Of a DNA stretch of 64,000 nucleotides, positions 45,630-54,739 are shown one piece after another (the stretch's first letter is position 1; every line of letters begins with the position of its first letter). The stretch is from IMG/VR virus record IMGVR_UViG_3300006917_000001; one strand, written 5' to 3'. Position numbers and translations under genes: made by a program. The notes under the pieces were generated by a model. That model made no database searches, was not told the origin of the DNA, and saw only the letters and a list, made by a program, of their open reading frames with translations. Origin of the DNA: an uncultured virus (IMG/VR IMGVR_UViG_3300006917_000001). Lineage: Duplodnaviria; Heunggongvirae; Uroviricota; Caudoviricetes.

Positions 45630-45930
45630 TATTATATTTATTATTTATTTATTGTATTTAATAATAATACGGGAAAATTTCATGAAACGCCAAAAAATTT
45701 GCAAAAAGCCCACATTTTGCGACTCCAATAATAAACGTACTATGATCAGCCTCATGATCAGCCTCATGTATAAAAAGCCCACATTTTGCGATTCAAATTA
45801 GGTTGAGGTATGATCAGCCTCATGATCAGCCTCATATAAAATGTGCCTATGCAAAAGTGGGGTTCATGCCAAGAATGTGCCTATGCAAAAGTGGGGTTCA
45901 TGCCAAGAATGTGCCTATGCAAAAGTGGGG
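45630..45930. repeat. putative replication origin: AT-rich tract plus iteron-like repeats
   Basis: AT tract 45630-45669; 20-bp repeat x2; ATGATCAGCCTC x4; 34-bp tandem x2.7. Confidence 0.65.
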
Positions 45931-45951
45931 CAATCCATCTTCAATTTGATA

Positions 45952-46839
45952 TCACCGCCCACCAAAAGCAAACAATTTCAACTCCCGTAATTCCTGCTCA
46001 TCAGCCTCTCCAGGGTCTTTAGAAGAGAGAGTAATGTTAAATGTTTCCCCTGGAAAGCATGCCAACTCTGACACCAATTTACGCGCCCGACGCTGGGCAT
46101 CAGATTGACTATCAAAGCAAATCACACGAAAGTGAAATTTGGAAAGCCGCAGTAACTGCTGCCGAGAATAGCCTGTCCCCAATGTCGCCACAGCCCCTGG
46201 ACCAATCTTCCAAGCGTCAATTGGACCCTCCACCACAAGCACACTAGAACTCGGGCACAGGTCCTCCCCGTAAAGTAACTCCTTTCGTGGTACTAACTCC
46301 TCACTCTCACTAGCGGACAGATACCGGATAGCCGGCGATTTAGCAATAGAACGCGTTGTCCAATTCACCATTTTTCCATTTTGAAACATTGGAATAAACA
46401 AAGACCACGGATGGGTTGAAGACAGCCCAATCCCTTGCACACCCCATAACGTAGCGACCGTGGTGGGACACAGCCCCCGTTGGCGCAGGTAGCGCTTGTG
46501 GGCAGGTAAGAGGGGTCCAACCCCCTTGGGAAGCCCCAACCGCGTATTACGGGGTTTTAGCGCGTTTAAGGACCGATCTAACTCGGGTTTCCCATGCTGC
46601 AAAAGGGCGGCGACCGCCTTACGGTCTGGTACCAACTCCACCAAGCAGTCCCACAACCGAATATGACCACACAACCAGCAATGGAGGTAGCCGGCAGAAA
46701 GGGAGTACCCTAGACGCCAATGTTGCGAACGTGGACTGCAAAACGGACAATCCAATTGAATCCAACCAGACCGGCAATGCTCATGTCCAGACTCTATAAA
46801 TGGGATTTGATGCGCCCGTAAAAAATCAGGCAATTTCAC
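45952..46839 (-). CDS. DNA primase (zinc finger plus TOPRIM)
   Basis: CPFC..CWLC, VVEGPIDA, ICFDS, KDPG. Confidence 0.85.
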   Translation of the reverse strand: MKLPDFLRAHQIPFIESGHEHCRSGWIQLDCPFCSPRSQHWRLGYSLSAGYLHCWLCGHIRLWDCLVELVPDRKAVAALLQHGKPELDRSLNALKPRNTRLGLPKGVGPLLPAHKRYLRQRGLCPTTVATLWGVQGIGLSSTHPWSLFIPMFQNGKMVNWTTRSIAKSPAIRYLSASESEELVPRKELLYGEDLCPSSSVLVVEGPIDAWKIGPGAVATLGTGYSRQQLLRLSKFHFRVICFDSQSDAQRRARKLVSELACFPGETFNITLSSKDPGEADEQELRELKLFAFGGR

Positions 46840-48200
46840 GACTTACCTCCTTGTAATAAAGCTTGTTCCACTTGGGAAAAGATATCCATTTCGGTGGCGG
46901 TCCCGTCTCCATCTAAAACTTTATTCAGTACCTCTTGTTTCTTTTGGATCACTTTACAAAGGTCCTCTTCAATAGACCCTCGAGCAACTAAATAGTACAC
47001 CATAGAATTAGAGACCTGTCCAATACGGTGAATCCTATCTTCAGCTTGACCGTGTTCCCCCGGGGACCAGGACAACTCTACAAATGCTACGGTACTGGCG
47101 GCTACCAAATTAAGACCTACACCAGCTGCTTGGATATTGCCCAGAAACAATCGTGTTTTTGGGGAAGTCTGAAACATTTCAACGGCTCTTTTTCTATCTC
47201 TTTGGGAAGTCTCCCCTGTCACAACAACACACTGCCGGCCGAACCGTTCTTGAAGGGCATCGATCACTTTATGGTGGACAGCAAAGACAACTAACTTTTC
47301 ATCGGACCCTTCTAAAAACGTGGTGATCCATTCTAAGACGCTGGAAAGTTTTAGTTCTGCAGATAGGCGTTTCAAATACCCAAGACGCATGAGACGTTCT
47401 GCCCTAGCGGCCCGATCAGCTTTTCCTTTACTAACATTTTTGCGCAACCACCCAATGAAATCATTTCTGGCGTGATCGTATTCCGACTTACGTTCCATTT
47501 CCAAAAGCACTACGGAACGCGTTTTAGACGGCAGGTCTTTTAACACATCTTTCTTGAGCCTACGGATCATCATGTGGTCGTCCAAGATCCCGTGAAGCTC
47601 TTCTAGTCTGGCAGCCCCACGGTAGTCCCAGCCCCACGGGGTTCTTCGTGGCTGACAATAACGGAAAGCAAACTTTACAAAGGAGGGGTAAAGATCCGGA
47701 CGAATAGTATCCACCACATTCCATAATTCAGCCGGCCGATTTGTAAGAGGGGTGCCACTCATTCCAATTACATTGGGGATCGACTTGGCAAGTTTTTTTA
47801 GAAGCTTTGCCCGTTGTGTTGTCCGGTTCTTGACGTAATGGGCTTCGTCAAAAATCAGTAATTGGGGCTCCAACCATTTCAGATAATCCATCCATGGTTT
47901 CAGAATGTCATAGTTTAGAATGACCATTCGAGACCGGATAAGACGCTGGCGTGGAACCTTGGTGCCTTCCAACACCATGGCGCGCAGGCCGAGGTGTTGC
48001 CGAGCCTCATGTTCCCAGTTCCACTTCAGAGAAGCCGGACAGACCACAACTACGGGGAAGGCTTGCTGTTGCCACAACCAAGCTAAACTTTGAATTGTCT
48101 TGCCGAGTCCCATTTCGTCTGCAAGGAGCGCCCGCCCCTCAAAATGGGAGATCAATTTCACCCCATGCCGTTGATATTTGTAAAGCTTCGTTTCCAACAT
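46836..48200 (-). CDS. SNF2-family (HARP/SMARCAL1-like) helicase
   Basis: ADEMGLGKT, DEAH, SGTP, RRLK, GVGLNL, QAEDRIHRIGQ. Confidence 0.92.
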   Translation of the reverse strand: MLETKLYKYQRHGVKLISHFEGRALLADEMGLGKTIQSLAWLWQQQAFPVVVVCPASLKWNWEHEARQHLGLRAMVLEGTKVPRQRLIRSRMVILNYDILKPWMDYLKWLEPQLLIFDEAHYVKNRTTQRAKLLKKLAKSIPNVIGMSGTPLTNRPAELWNVVDTIRPDLYPSFVKFAFRYCQPRRTPWGWDYRGAARLEELHGILDDHMMIRRLKKDVLKDLPSKTRSVVLLEMERKSEYDHARNDFIGWLRKNVSKGKADRAARAERLMRLGYLKRLSAELKLSSVLEWITTFLEGSDEKLVVFAVHHKVIDALQERFGRQCVVVTGETSQRDRKRAVEMFQTSPKTRLFLGNIQAAGVGLNLVAASTVAFVELSWSPGEHGQAEDRIHRIGQVSNSMVYYLVARGSIEEDLCKVIQKKQEVLNKVLDGDGTATEMDIFSQVEQALLQGGKS

Positions 48201-48282
48201 AACCTCTTCCTCAATACAAAAAGAAACCCCCTCGTTTCCAAGGGGGTTTCTCCACAACAACACGAAACCAACTCACTGGGCA

Positions 48283-48663
48283 TCACTTCCACATAGACTC
48301 GTTTTTGACCTGATACTGATGAGCAGCCGACCACGTAACGTGCAAGAGGCCGCGGTAACTGGCATCGCCGCCCATTGTCTTGTGGCACTCTTCTTTGAAA
48401 TTGGTGTACTGTATTTCTTGCACCAACTCCATAAACATTCCAGTCGCCAAATCTTTATGGACTATCATACGATACGCATAGTCCGCAGTCGGGGTGTGAA
48501 TGATGCGAGGCGTTTTTTCCCAGAGATGAGAAAATCGCTTACGCACATTTTCCAGGTGTTTCTTACAACGTGCCCGGATCTGGACCTCGTGGGGGTTGAC
48601 CTTCCCATCGGGAAGTTCGGTACTGGTAACACTGAAAAATCCGTAGCGCGTGTAGATCCACAT
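48283..48663 (-). CDS. conserved phage hypothetical protein
   Basis: MWIYTRYGFFSV...IRAR...DYAYR...YTNFK. Confidence 0.6.
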   Translation of the reverse strand: MWIYTRYGFFSVTSTELPDGKVNPHEVQIRARCKKHLENVRKRFSHLWEKTPRIIHTPTADYAYRMIVHKDLATGMFMELVQEIQYTNFKEECHKTMGGDASYRGLLHVTWSAAHQYQVKNESMWK

Positions 48664-48665
48664 GA

Positions 48666-48962
48666 TTACCGGCTCCCCACACTCACAGGCAATTGGAGTT
48701 CCTTGTTCATGGCCCGGCGGAACTCGAAACCAGACAAATTGGACGCAGCCAACTTGCGCACGCGATCCACACCCACTTGATCCAAAAAGTGCCGGAGTTG
48801 CAGCAACCGCACTTCTTTCAAGTGGGGGAAGTCTCGCCGGAGGCCGGCGATTTCCATTTGCACATTCCGCTCTCCTGCTGGAGCCGGCAGCCCGCGCTTT
48901 ACGAAAGAATAATCCCGCATCAACTGAGCCCGCAAAAACTTAGGTGCTCCCAAAAACATCAC
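48666..48962 (-). CDS. hypothetical protein
   Basis: AGGAG SD with GTG start. Confidence 0.5.
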   Translation of the reverse strand: MMFLGAPKFLRAQLMRDYSFVKRGLPAPAGERNVQMEIAGLRRDFPHLKEVRLLQLRHFLDQVGVDRVRKLAASNLSGFEFRRAMNKELQLPVSVGSR

Positions 48963-49015
48963 GAATCTCCTGTTGTAGAATATTCAACCACCAACACCAC
49001 TATACTCGGAACAGA

Positions 49016-49381
49016 TTACGAATTTCCGAACCTCACCGAAATACCTTGAAATCCAGCCGCCGTTGCCAACGCCCGAATTTGATCCAATTCCACGAACTCA
49101 ATCACCACACCATCTACCTCAGCAGACAAACGAATTGGACCCCACAAATCGACCCGAACTTCCAAACGTGCGCCGTTCCGATCTTTGTGCCTGACGTTCT
49201 TCAGTACCGCCGCAGAAGGAGGAGTCTCCTGTCCGAAACCCGTAGGACGGAACACGGGGTCCACAAACCACGGTACGTTCGGATATTTGGAAACAGTTTT
49301 CATTCCCCGACGCTGAGGTTCCCGAATCACACAAGGCCCACAAGCTACTGGTCCCGACGTAGAATTCATGCTATCAGTCAT
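49016..49381 (-). CDS. hypothetical protein
   Basis: Start uncertain. Confidence 0.45.
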   Translation of the reverse strand: MTDSMNSTSGPVACGPCVIREPQRRGMKTVSKYPNVPWFVDPVFRPTGFGQETPPSAAVLKNVRHKDRNGARLEVRVDLWGPIRLSAEVDGVVIEFVELDQIRALATAAGFQGISVRFGNS

Positions 49382-49889
49382 TGTTCAACACTCCTTGAAT
49401 TTCTTGGAAGCATTGCTTCACGCGTTTCACCGACCAACCCAAACCGATCAGATACTCCCGCAACACCATGCGCATGCCTATGGGAGTTTTTGTTTGCAAC
49501 AATTTCTGGAGTCCCGTACCAGGAGAAAACACCAACCGCAACACGGTCTCCACATCTTGGGTCACCTCAGACCAGTCCAAATTCTTGGAACTCATTGTCT
49601 GGTCTAAGACGACTGGGGACTGCCGCTTCAAAATCCGGTGACGCCGAGCTGCGTCACGTCGCTCATCGTGCAATCCATTCCACACCCGGAACCGAACCCA
49701 AGTCGAAAACTTTGAACCACTGCCAGGCTGAAACGAGTGGTACGCTTCCATGAAAGACTCATTAGCCTTGGATTGCAGCAGCTCGATTTCACCACCATAT
49801 TTCCGGTGAAACGTGTAAACAGTCTTGAGCACCAACAACCGCACATCTTCGTAGGTTTCCGCCATGATTTCCGCAGTTTCAATGGCCAT
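49374..49889 (-). CDS. sigma70-family factor, region 2 only (no recognisable region 4)
   Basis: LVLKTV..F...ELLQSKANESFMEAYHSFQPGSGSKFSTWVRFRVWNGLHDERR; AAGGAG SD. Confidence 0.7.
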   Translation of the reverse strand: MAIETAEIMAETYEDVRLLVLKTVYTFHRKYGGEIELLQSKANESFMEAYHSFQPGSGSKFSTWVRFRVWNGLHDERRDAARRHRILKRQSPVVLDQTMSSKNLDWSEVTQDVETVLRLVFSPGTGLQKLLQTKTPIGMRMVLREYLIGLGWSVKRVKQCFQEIQGVLNND

Positions 49890-49928
49890 CCATTTCTCCT
49901 TCTCCAGTAAGTTGCCACGGGCCGCAAC

Positions 49929-49980
49929 ACTATACCACTGACCCGCCACGGGGCCAAGGTATTCTTCCCTTGGCCCCGTG
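49929..49980 (-). promoter_or_regulatory. promoter for the sigma gene with a 13-bp palindrome over -35
   Basis: TTGGCC-N17-(TGn)TATAGT; CACGGGGCCAAGG-N8-CCTTGGCCCCGTG. Confidence 0.55.
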
Positions 49981-49992
49981 CACTCCTCATGC

Positions 49993-50781
49993 CTAGTTTT
50001 CCGAGGAGTTTTGCTGGCGGATCTTATCAATGGTCTCCTGCTCGCGCCGAATCAACTCCTCCCCCAAACGATCTTTCATGTACTTCCAGAAAATCCCGTG
50101 CAAGCCAACTTGAGGCTCCTCCATTTCAACCCACTCCTTCAAGTGAATCCGATTCCCTTCGCCACGACGAATTTCAGAACTGAAAGCTCGCTGAACAAAC
50201 TGGACAGAGGAGTCGGGCCGAAACTGCTTGTAAGTAACTGCCAACACAACACACTCCGTTCGCCGTTCAGGGTCCTCCATGTCAATTGCGATCTCCAACG
50301 GGGTGATTTTCCGTTCGCCTTGGGACGTGCAAAGAGTCCAGGCTTCAGTAACGGTCGCCAGCCCAACCGGAATGATTTGACTGTCGGACGACATGAACTG
50401 TTCCACCATCAGTCGCAGAAAATTTTCCTTAGTCATAAAGCCACCACGTTCCAAACTCATGTCCTCCACGAACCCCTTACACAAGAAGGAACGCACCGCA
50501 AACTCAGGTGGTTTCCCACGCATAAGGGGCGCCACATCCACGCCCACAACGAGGCCACCCGGAGGGGCGAACTCCAACGGAGCGTTTTCAAACGAGCCTG
50601 TCACATCCTTTTGGATTTGGGGGAGCATGCTCACCAGAGTGTCCGCGGACGCCTGAAGGGAGGCGTCCATTAAAGAGTGCATCGCCTCAAGGGCAACAGA
50701 ACCCAACGAACCCATTTGTTGACCTTGGAACTTCTCCAACTGCTCACAAATCCGTTTAATCTTTTCATTCTTACCGGCCAT
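49993..50781 (-). CDS. hypothetical protein
   Basis: 262 aa, GAGGAG SD. Confidence 0.65.
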   Translation of the reverse strand: MAGKNEKIKRICEQLEKFQGQQMGSLGSVALEAMHSLMDASLQASADTLVSMLPQIQKDVTGSFENAPLEFAPPGGLVVGVDVAPLMRGKPPEFAVRSFLCKGFVEDMSLERGGFMTKENFLRLMVEQFMSSDSQIIPVGLATVTEAWTLCTSQGERKITPLEIAIDMEDPERRTECVVLAVTYKQFRPDSSVQFVQRAFSSEIRRGEGNRIHLKEWVEMEEPQVGLHGIFWKYMKDRLGEELIRREQETIDKIRQQNSSEN

Positions 50782-50854
50782 TTTCTATCTCCTCGTGTTG
50801 TTGTTGTTTGGTGCTTCGGCACCCCACTGATCCACCGCAATGGAGCAGAGGGGT

Positions 50855-50880
50855 GCCGGGCCGACACAACTCGGCCCGGC
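50855..50880. terminator. 10-bp hairpin after the AAA gene
   Basis: GCCGGGCCGA/TCGGCCCGGC; no clear U-tract. Confidence 0.4.
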
Positions 50881-50896
50881 CACACAACACCAACCA

Positions 50897-52222
50897 CTAC
50901 GCGATGCCAGCCTTAACCAACTCATCCTTCCGCCAGCCACCCACCAGCATCTGCTTCACGTAATTCATGTCCTTGCCGTGTCGAATCCAGTTCGCCGCCC
51001 GGCAAATGAAACGAGTGCTAATGGTCCGTTCCAATTTGTTGGCCACGATGTTTTTCCGCCAAGCCTGAAGCTGGCGAACCAGTTCTGGCTGATCAGCATT
51101 AAGGTCCAACTCCAATTGGGCATCGTAATCCATTTCAATTTGCACGAACCGCTCCGTGAAGGCTCCGTCTTGCTGATTGCGCCCAACATACTGGCGGTCA
51201 GCCCCGGTGCCCCAAGTATTGGCGGCGGCCATGCATGTGAACTTTTCGTGGCGGTTTGCAATCGGGTTTTCTGGCCGATCCAACGGCAGGACCCCGTTGG
51301 CCAATCCGCTGTTTAAGCTGAGCAGTACATTCGGGTCAGCCGCGTCCACCTCGTCCAAGAGGTACAACCCACCATTTTCGAACATGGTGGCGAATGGGGC
51401 TGGCGTGTAAACGCTTTTCCCAGTCGTAATGTCCGGGGTCGACCGGCCGAACAGTTTGCTTTCGGTCACACCACCCGAAAGGGAGATCATGCCGTATTCC
51501 AGCCCCAGGAGGGTCGCAATCTGTTGGGCGAGGTAGGTCTTGCCACACCCTTTCGGTCCTACCAACATCACGTTATCACCGCAGTTAAGGTGAAACAAGA
51601 CCTGTTCCAAAATGGGGTGGGAGCGTTCCTTCAGTTCCACCTTGGGCATGTCCGGGCGAACCAGTTCGATCACTTGGGGCGGGCGAGCCGCCTCCAACTC
51701 TGCTACCTTCTCGGCCAGCGCTGCCACTTGTGCCAACAGCGCGGCATCTACCGCCACTGCTGCCGGCTGCTGTTCGGTAGCCGGGATCGCCGGGGTCGCC
51801 GGCAACTCACCAGGACAATTCGGGGTGTGAACCCAACGCCACTGCCCATCTACTTTTTCTTGGTGCAATGCCGCTCCAACCGAATAACCCAACCCACACT
51901 TACGGCATGTTCCCGGGAACTTGGCAATAATGGTTTTCGTTCCTCGCCCAGGCTGTTCTGCCGGCTGTTCTGCCGGCTGTTCACCGGGCTGTACCTCTTT
52001 GGGTTCCATCCACTTCCAACGCATTTTGCCATTACCGAAACGGGCGATCTTACCCCCGGCTTCCAAGAACCGCAACACGCGATTGCGGTACCACTGATTC
52101 ACAGTGTCCGGCACCCCCACTCCCGCCATCACTTCGGCCGTGGTGTGCCAAAAGCCAGGACGCTCTTGAAGCCACACCAATGTCTTGTTGATCAGTTCGT
52201 TTCGTTTGAGGTGAGCGGCCAT
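50897..52222 (-). CDS. MoxR/CbbQ/CobS-like AAA+ ATPase with N-terminal HTH-like and zinc-ribbon domains
   Basis: GPKGCGKT, LLDEVDA, AANTWG, YVGRNQQDGAFTERF; AKFPGTCRKCG. Confidence 0.85.
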   Translation of the reverse strand: MAAHLKRNELINKTLVWLQERPGFWHTTAEVMAGVGVPDTVNQWYRNRVLRFLEAGGKIARFGNGKMRWKWMEPKEVQPGEQPAEQPAEQPGRGTKTIIAKFPGTCRKCGLGYSVGAALHQEKVDGQWRWVHTPNCPGELPATPAIPATEQQPAAVAVDAALLAQVAALAEKVAELEAARPPQVIELVRPDMPKVELKERSHPILEQVLFHLNCGDNVMLVGPKGCGKTYLAQQIATLLGLEYGMISLSGGVTESKLFGRSTPDITTGKSVYTPAPFATMFENGGLYLLDEVDAADPNVLLSLNSGLANGVLPLDRPENPIANRHEKFTCMAAANTWGTGADRQYVGRNQQDGAFTERFVQIEMDYDAQLELDLNADQPELVRQLQAWRKNIVANKLERTISTRFICRAANWIRHGKDMNYVKQMLVGGWRKDELVKAGIA

Positions 52223-52242
52223 TGTGTTGTGTCCTTGCGTTG

Positions 52243-52575
52243 TGTGTTGTACCTGCCCCCGACACCAGTATTTTACACTGTTTCGGCTCGGGCACAAGCC
52301 CAACGCCACAAAAATTTTCAGAAAAATAACTCGGAACCGACGGAAACCCTGGAAACCAAAGGGTTTACGGCGCCAAAAACTTTTTTTGAAAGTGCCACTT
52401 TTTTTGAACGGGACACAGCCCCAAACAAATTCAAAAATTTTTTTGAGCCGTAAACCCTTTACCATCAACCACTTGGGGATTTTCCAAAAATCTTTTTTGA
52501 GAAAATTTGTGCTGTGGCACTTGTACCCGAGCCGAAACAGTGTAAAATACTGGTGTCGGGGGCAGGCACAACACA
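52243..52575. repeat. 56-bp inverted repeats (52243-52298 / 52520-52575), each carrying an outward-facing promoter
   Basis: 54/56 identical; TTGTRC-N16-TAAAAT in each arm. Confidence 0.92.
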
Positions 52576-52611
52576 ACACAACGGACAACACAACACAACG
52601 GACACAACACA

Positions 52612-53496
52612 ATGGCCATTCACGAAACCAAAAAACTCAAGGCTACGGGGAACCCAACGTACATAACGTGGTTCGACGGATTGGCCGACATGGCCGAAGT
52701 GGCGGCAGAAGGAATTAAGCGCCAGCCAGGGGCATGGGGTGAATTTTACTCCTACTCTTTTGTTGGCCGCCGGTTCTTTAACATCCACGCTGCGGCAAAA
52801 GCTACTGGGGAATTGTGGCCAGAAGGTATGCAAATTTTCGACAAAATGTTAGGGGAACTGGAAACCCAAGACCTCCCCAAACCGAAGAGCACAAAACGTC
52901 GTGGCGTATGGAGTGAAGATACTGGGGACGAAGTAGACGTTGACCGCCTGCGACGTGGTGTACCTTACTGGCGCACCACACAACGGGAACAACGGGCAGG
53001 CAACCCCATAATTACACTGATTACAACGCCTAGCAGCCCGGGACTCATGAAATGGCAGAACATTTTGTGGCGCGGATGTGCCACGGTGGTACTGGCCAAG
53101 ATTTTGGAAGAAGCCGGTTACCGATGTGAAATCAAAGCCATGCAATTGGCCATTGATTCCTACGGCAACAATTACGACTATGCGGCGGCCACAACCTTGA
53201 AAATGGCGAACGACCCTTTGGATTGTTCCACACTGGTGAATTGCCTGTCCGGCTGGTGTTTCCGCACAGTGTGGTTCTCTTGCTACAATTACCACAACCG
53301 CGCCAGTATCAGCTACGGGCTGCCAATTACTGGGTCGAAAGCGATCAAAGCCTATGCCGAACTGTGCCCCGAATTGGCCGAAGATGGGTCGAACTACTTA
53401 ATGGTCGGCGACCACTCCAACACGAGCTCTTATGAGACGACATTGGAGAGAACGAAAGCGTTACTTACAAAGTTCATTGAAAACCACGGGAGGTAA
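52612..53496 (+). CDS. CobT/VWA-like partner of the AAA ATPase
   Basis: GDEVDVDR...G.PYW, RGCA..LA..LEEAGYRCEI, K...PLD, FRTVWF; MIDAS not evident. Confidence 0.6.
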   Translation: MAIHETKKLKATGNPTYITWFDGLADMAEVAAEGIKRQPGAWGEFYSYSFVGRRFFNIHAAAKATGELWPEGMQIFDKMLGELETQDLPKPKSTKRRGVWSEDTGDEVDVDRLRRGVPYWRTTQREQRAGNPIITLITTPSSPGLMKWQNILWRGCATVVLAKILEEAGYRCEIKAMQLAIDSYGNNYDYAAATTLKMANDPLDCSTLVNCLSGWCFRTVWFSCYNYHNRASISYGLPITGSKAIKAYAELCPELAEDGSNYLMVGDHSNTSSYETTLERTKALLTKFIENHGR

Positions 53497-53497
53497 A

Positions 53498-53701
53498 ATG
53501 TCTGCCATTAAAACAAAGGATGGAGTTATCTACTCCATCCTCATTGTGGTGGGGGACGACGAAACTTTTACAGTGAATCACACCTCGTCACTCGCCACTG
53601 CCAGAAAAAATGGGGAAATCGTACGGCAAACTTTAGAAGCCTTGGGAATTGACGGACAGGTCAAGGTCGTCAATTCCAAAGGGGAGGAAATGAAACGATG
53701 A
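53498..53701 (+). CDS. early hypothetical protein
   Basis: GGAGG SD. Confidence 0.6.
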   Translation: MSAIKTKDGVIYSILIVVGDDETFTVNHTSSLATARKNGEIVRQTLEALGIDGQVKVVNSKGEEMKR

Positions 53702-53991
53702 CCACACCAGACTCCACAATTCAAAAAGCTGCGCAATGGGCGGCAGAAGAATTTGAACGTCGCACATTAGAAATCGCCCGTGGCATTTACAAAGTTCAGT
53801 ATATGTGCCCGTCGACACGGGTCTCTTGGCATGAGATCACTGCCAAGTTCGGCCTCAACGCCATGGGTCCAACAGATCGCGTTACATTCCAACCCTTGTT
53901 CAATAAAGAAATACGGCGAAGGAAACTTACCAGGGTGCTTCGTGGCACCGAAAAATCGGATCAATGGGCTCGCCGTGTTGGAAAGCTTTAA
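53698..53991 (+). CDS. early hypothetical protein
   Basis: ATGA coupling. Confidence 0.6.
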   Translation: MTTPDSTIQKAAQWAAEEFERRTLEIARGIYKVQYMCPSTRVSWHEITAKFGLNAMGPTDRVTFQPLFNKEIRRRKLTRVLRGTEKSDQWARRVGKL

Positions 53992-54006
53992 CTTAGGAAA
54001 TCAATC

Positions 54007-54300
54007 ATGACCAACGCACCACAAGAAACAGAAACAACGTGTTGCCCGTTCTGCAAAGCAGAAGCCTACGATACGGAATACGATCCCCGGTCAAGGTACC
54101 ATGCGAAGTACCTTTGTGGGACGAGGCTGCTTAAGACAGACGAATACGAAACATCCGACCGATGTGATCGGGCCGTGTACCGTGAACTCTTGTTGCGTGT
54201 TTTGGAAACTGCCACCCCGAAGGGACCCTTCGAATGCGACGGCTTTGAGGTTCCAAGAAAAGTGATTTTGGCTATTGAGATGACGCTCCGCGTTCCTTAA
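54007..54300 (+). CDS. CPFC zinc-finger protein
   Basis: Paralog of 18674-19147. Confidence 0.6.
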   Translation: MTNAPQETETTCCPFCKAEAYDTEYDPRSRYHAKYLCGTRLLKTDEYETSDRCDRAVYRELLLRVLETATPKGPFECDGFEVPRKVILAIEMTLRVP

Positions 54301-54314
54301 GACGACAAAAACCA

Positions 54315-54342
54315 CCCGGGCTTTCTGCCCGGGCTTTTTTTT
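54315..54342 (+). terminator. intrinsic terminator
   Basis: CCCGGGC-TTTCT-GCCCGGG followed by a T-run. Confidence 0.8.
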
Positions 54343-54427
54343 GTGCAACACTTGTTCAAACAAGTATCACCCCGTTATTCAACAAAACACCAACCGTAAC
54401 ATAGCAAAAAGACCCCCTATAAATCGC

Positions 54428-54736
54428 TTATGGGGTCCAAGGTGCGCCATCTTCCCAACAGGGGAAAACACCCTTGGCAGTGTTGAAATCGCCCCAGATA
54501 CGCCAAAAAGCCTCTACATCAATTGCATACTGGGATTGAAAAAGAAACTGCCCCTGACCAACAGGAAGAGCGCAAAGTAAACAAAGACCCACGGAATCCA
54601 AAGGCTGAACCCAAATGCGTTCCCGTTTCGAACCATAAAAGACCTCCAATTGATTTACAACGGAGGGAGCAGTAGGTTTCCAAATCCATTGGATTACCCA
54701 CCGAAATGGAGCTGACAACCAAGAAAACCAGCGCAT
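54428..54736 (-). CDS. hypothetical protein
   Basis: Last ORF of the minus-strand operon. Confidence 0.45.
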   Translation of the reverse strand: MRWFSWLSAPFRWVIQWIWKPTAPSVVNQLEVFYGSKRERIWVQPLDSVGLCLLCALPVGQGQFLFQSQYAIDVEAFWRIWGDFNTAKGVFPCWEDGAPWTP

Positions 54737-54739
54737 GAA

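Noticed and set aside
45840..45930. 34-bp repeats as a CRISPR array
   Set aside because: Copies are directly tandem with no unique spacers, and no cas genes are seen
52223..52612. 130-aa N-terminal extension of the AAA ORF in the ORF track
   Set aside because: It runs through the palindromic promoter region; the mirrored leader supports ATG 52222
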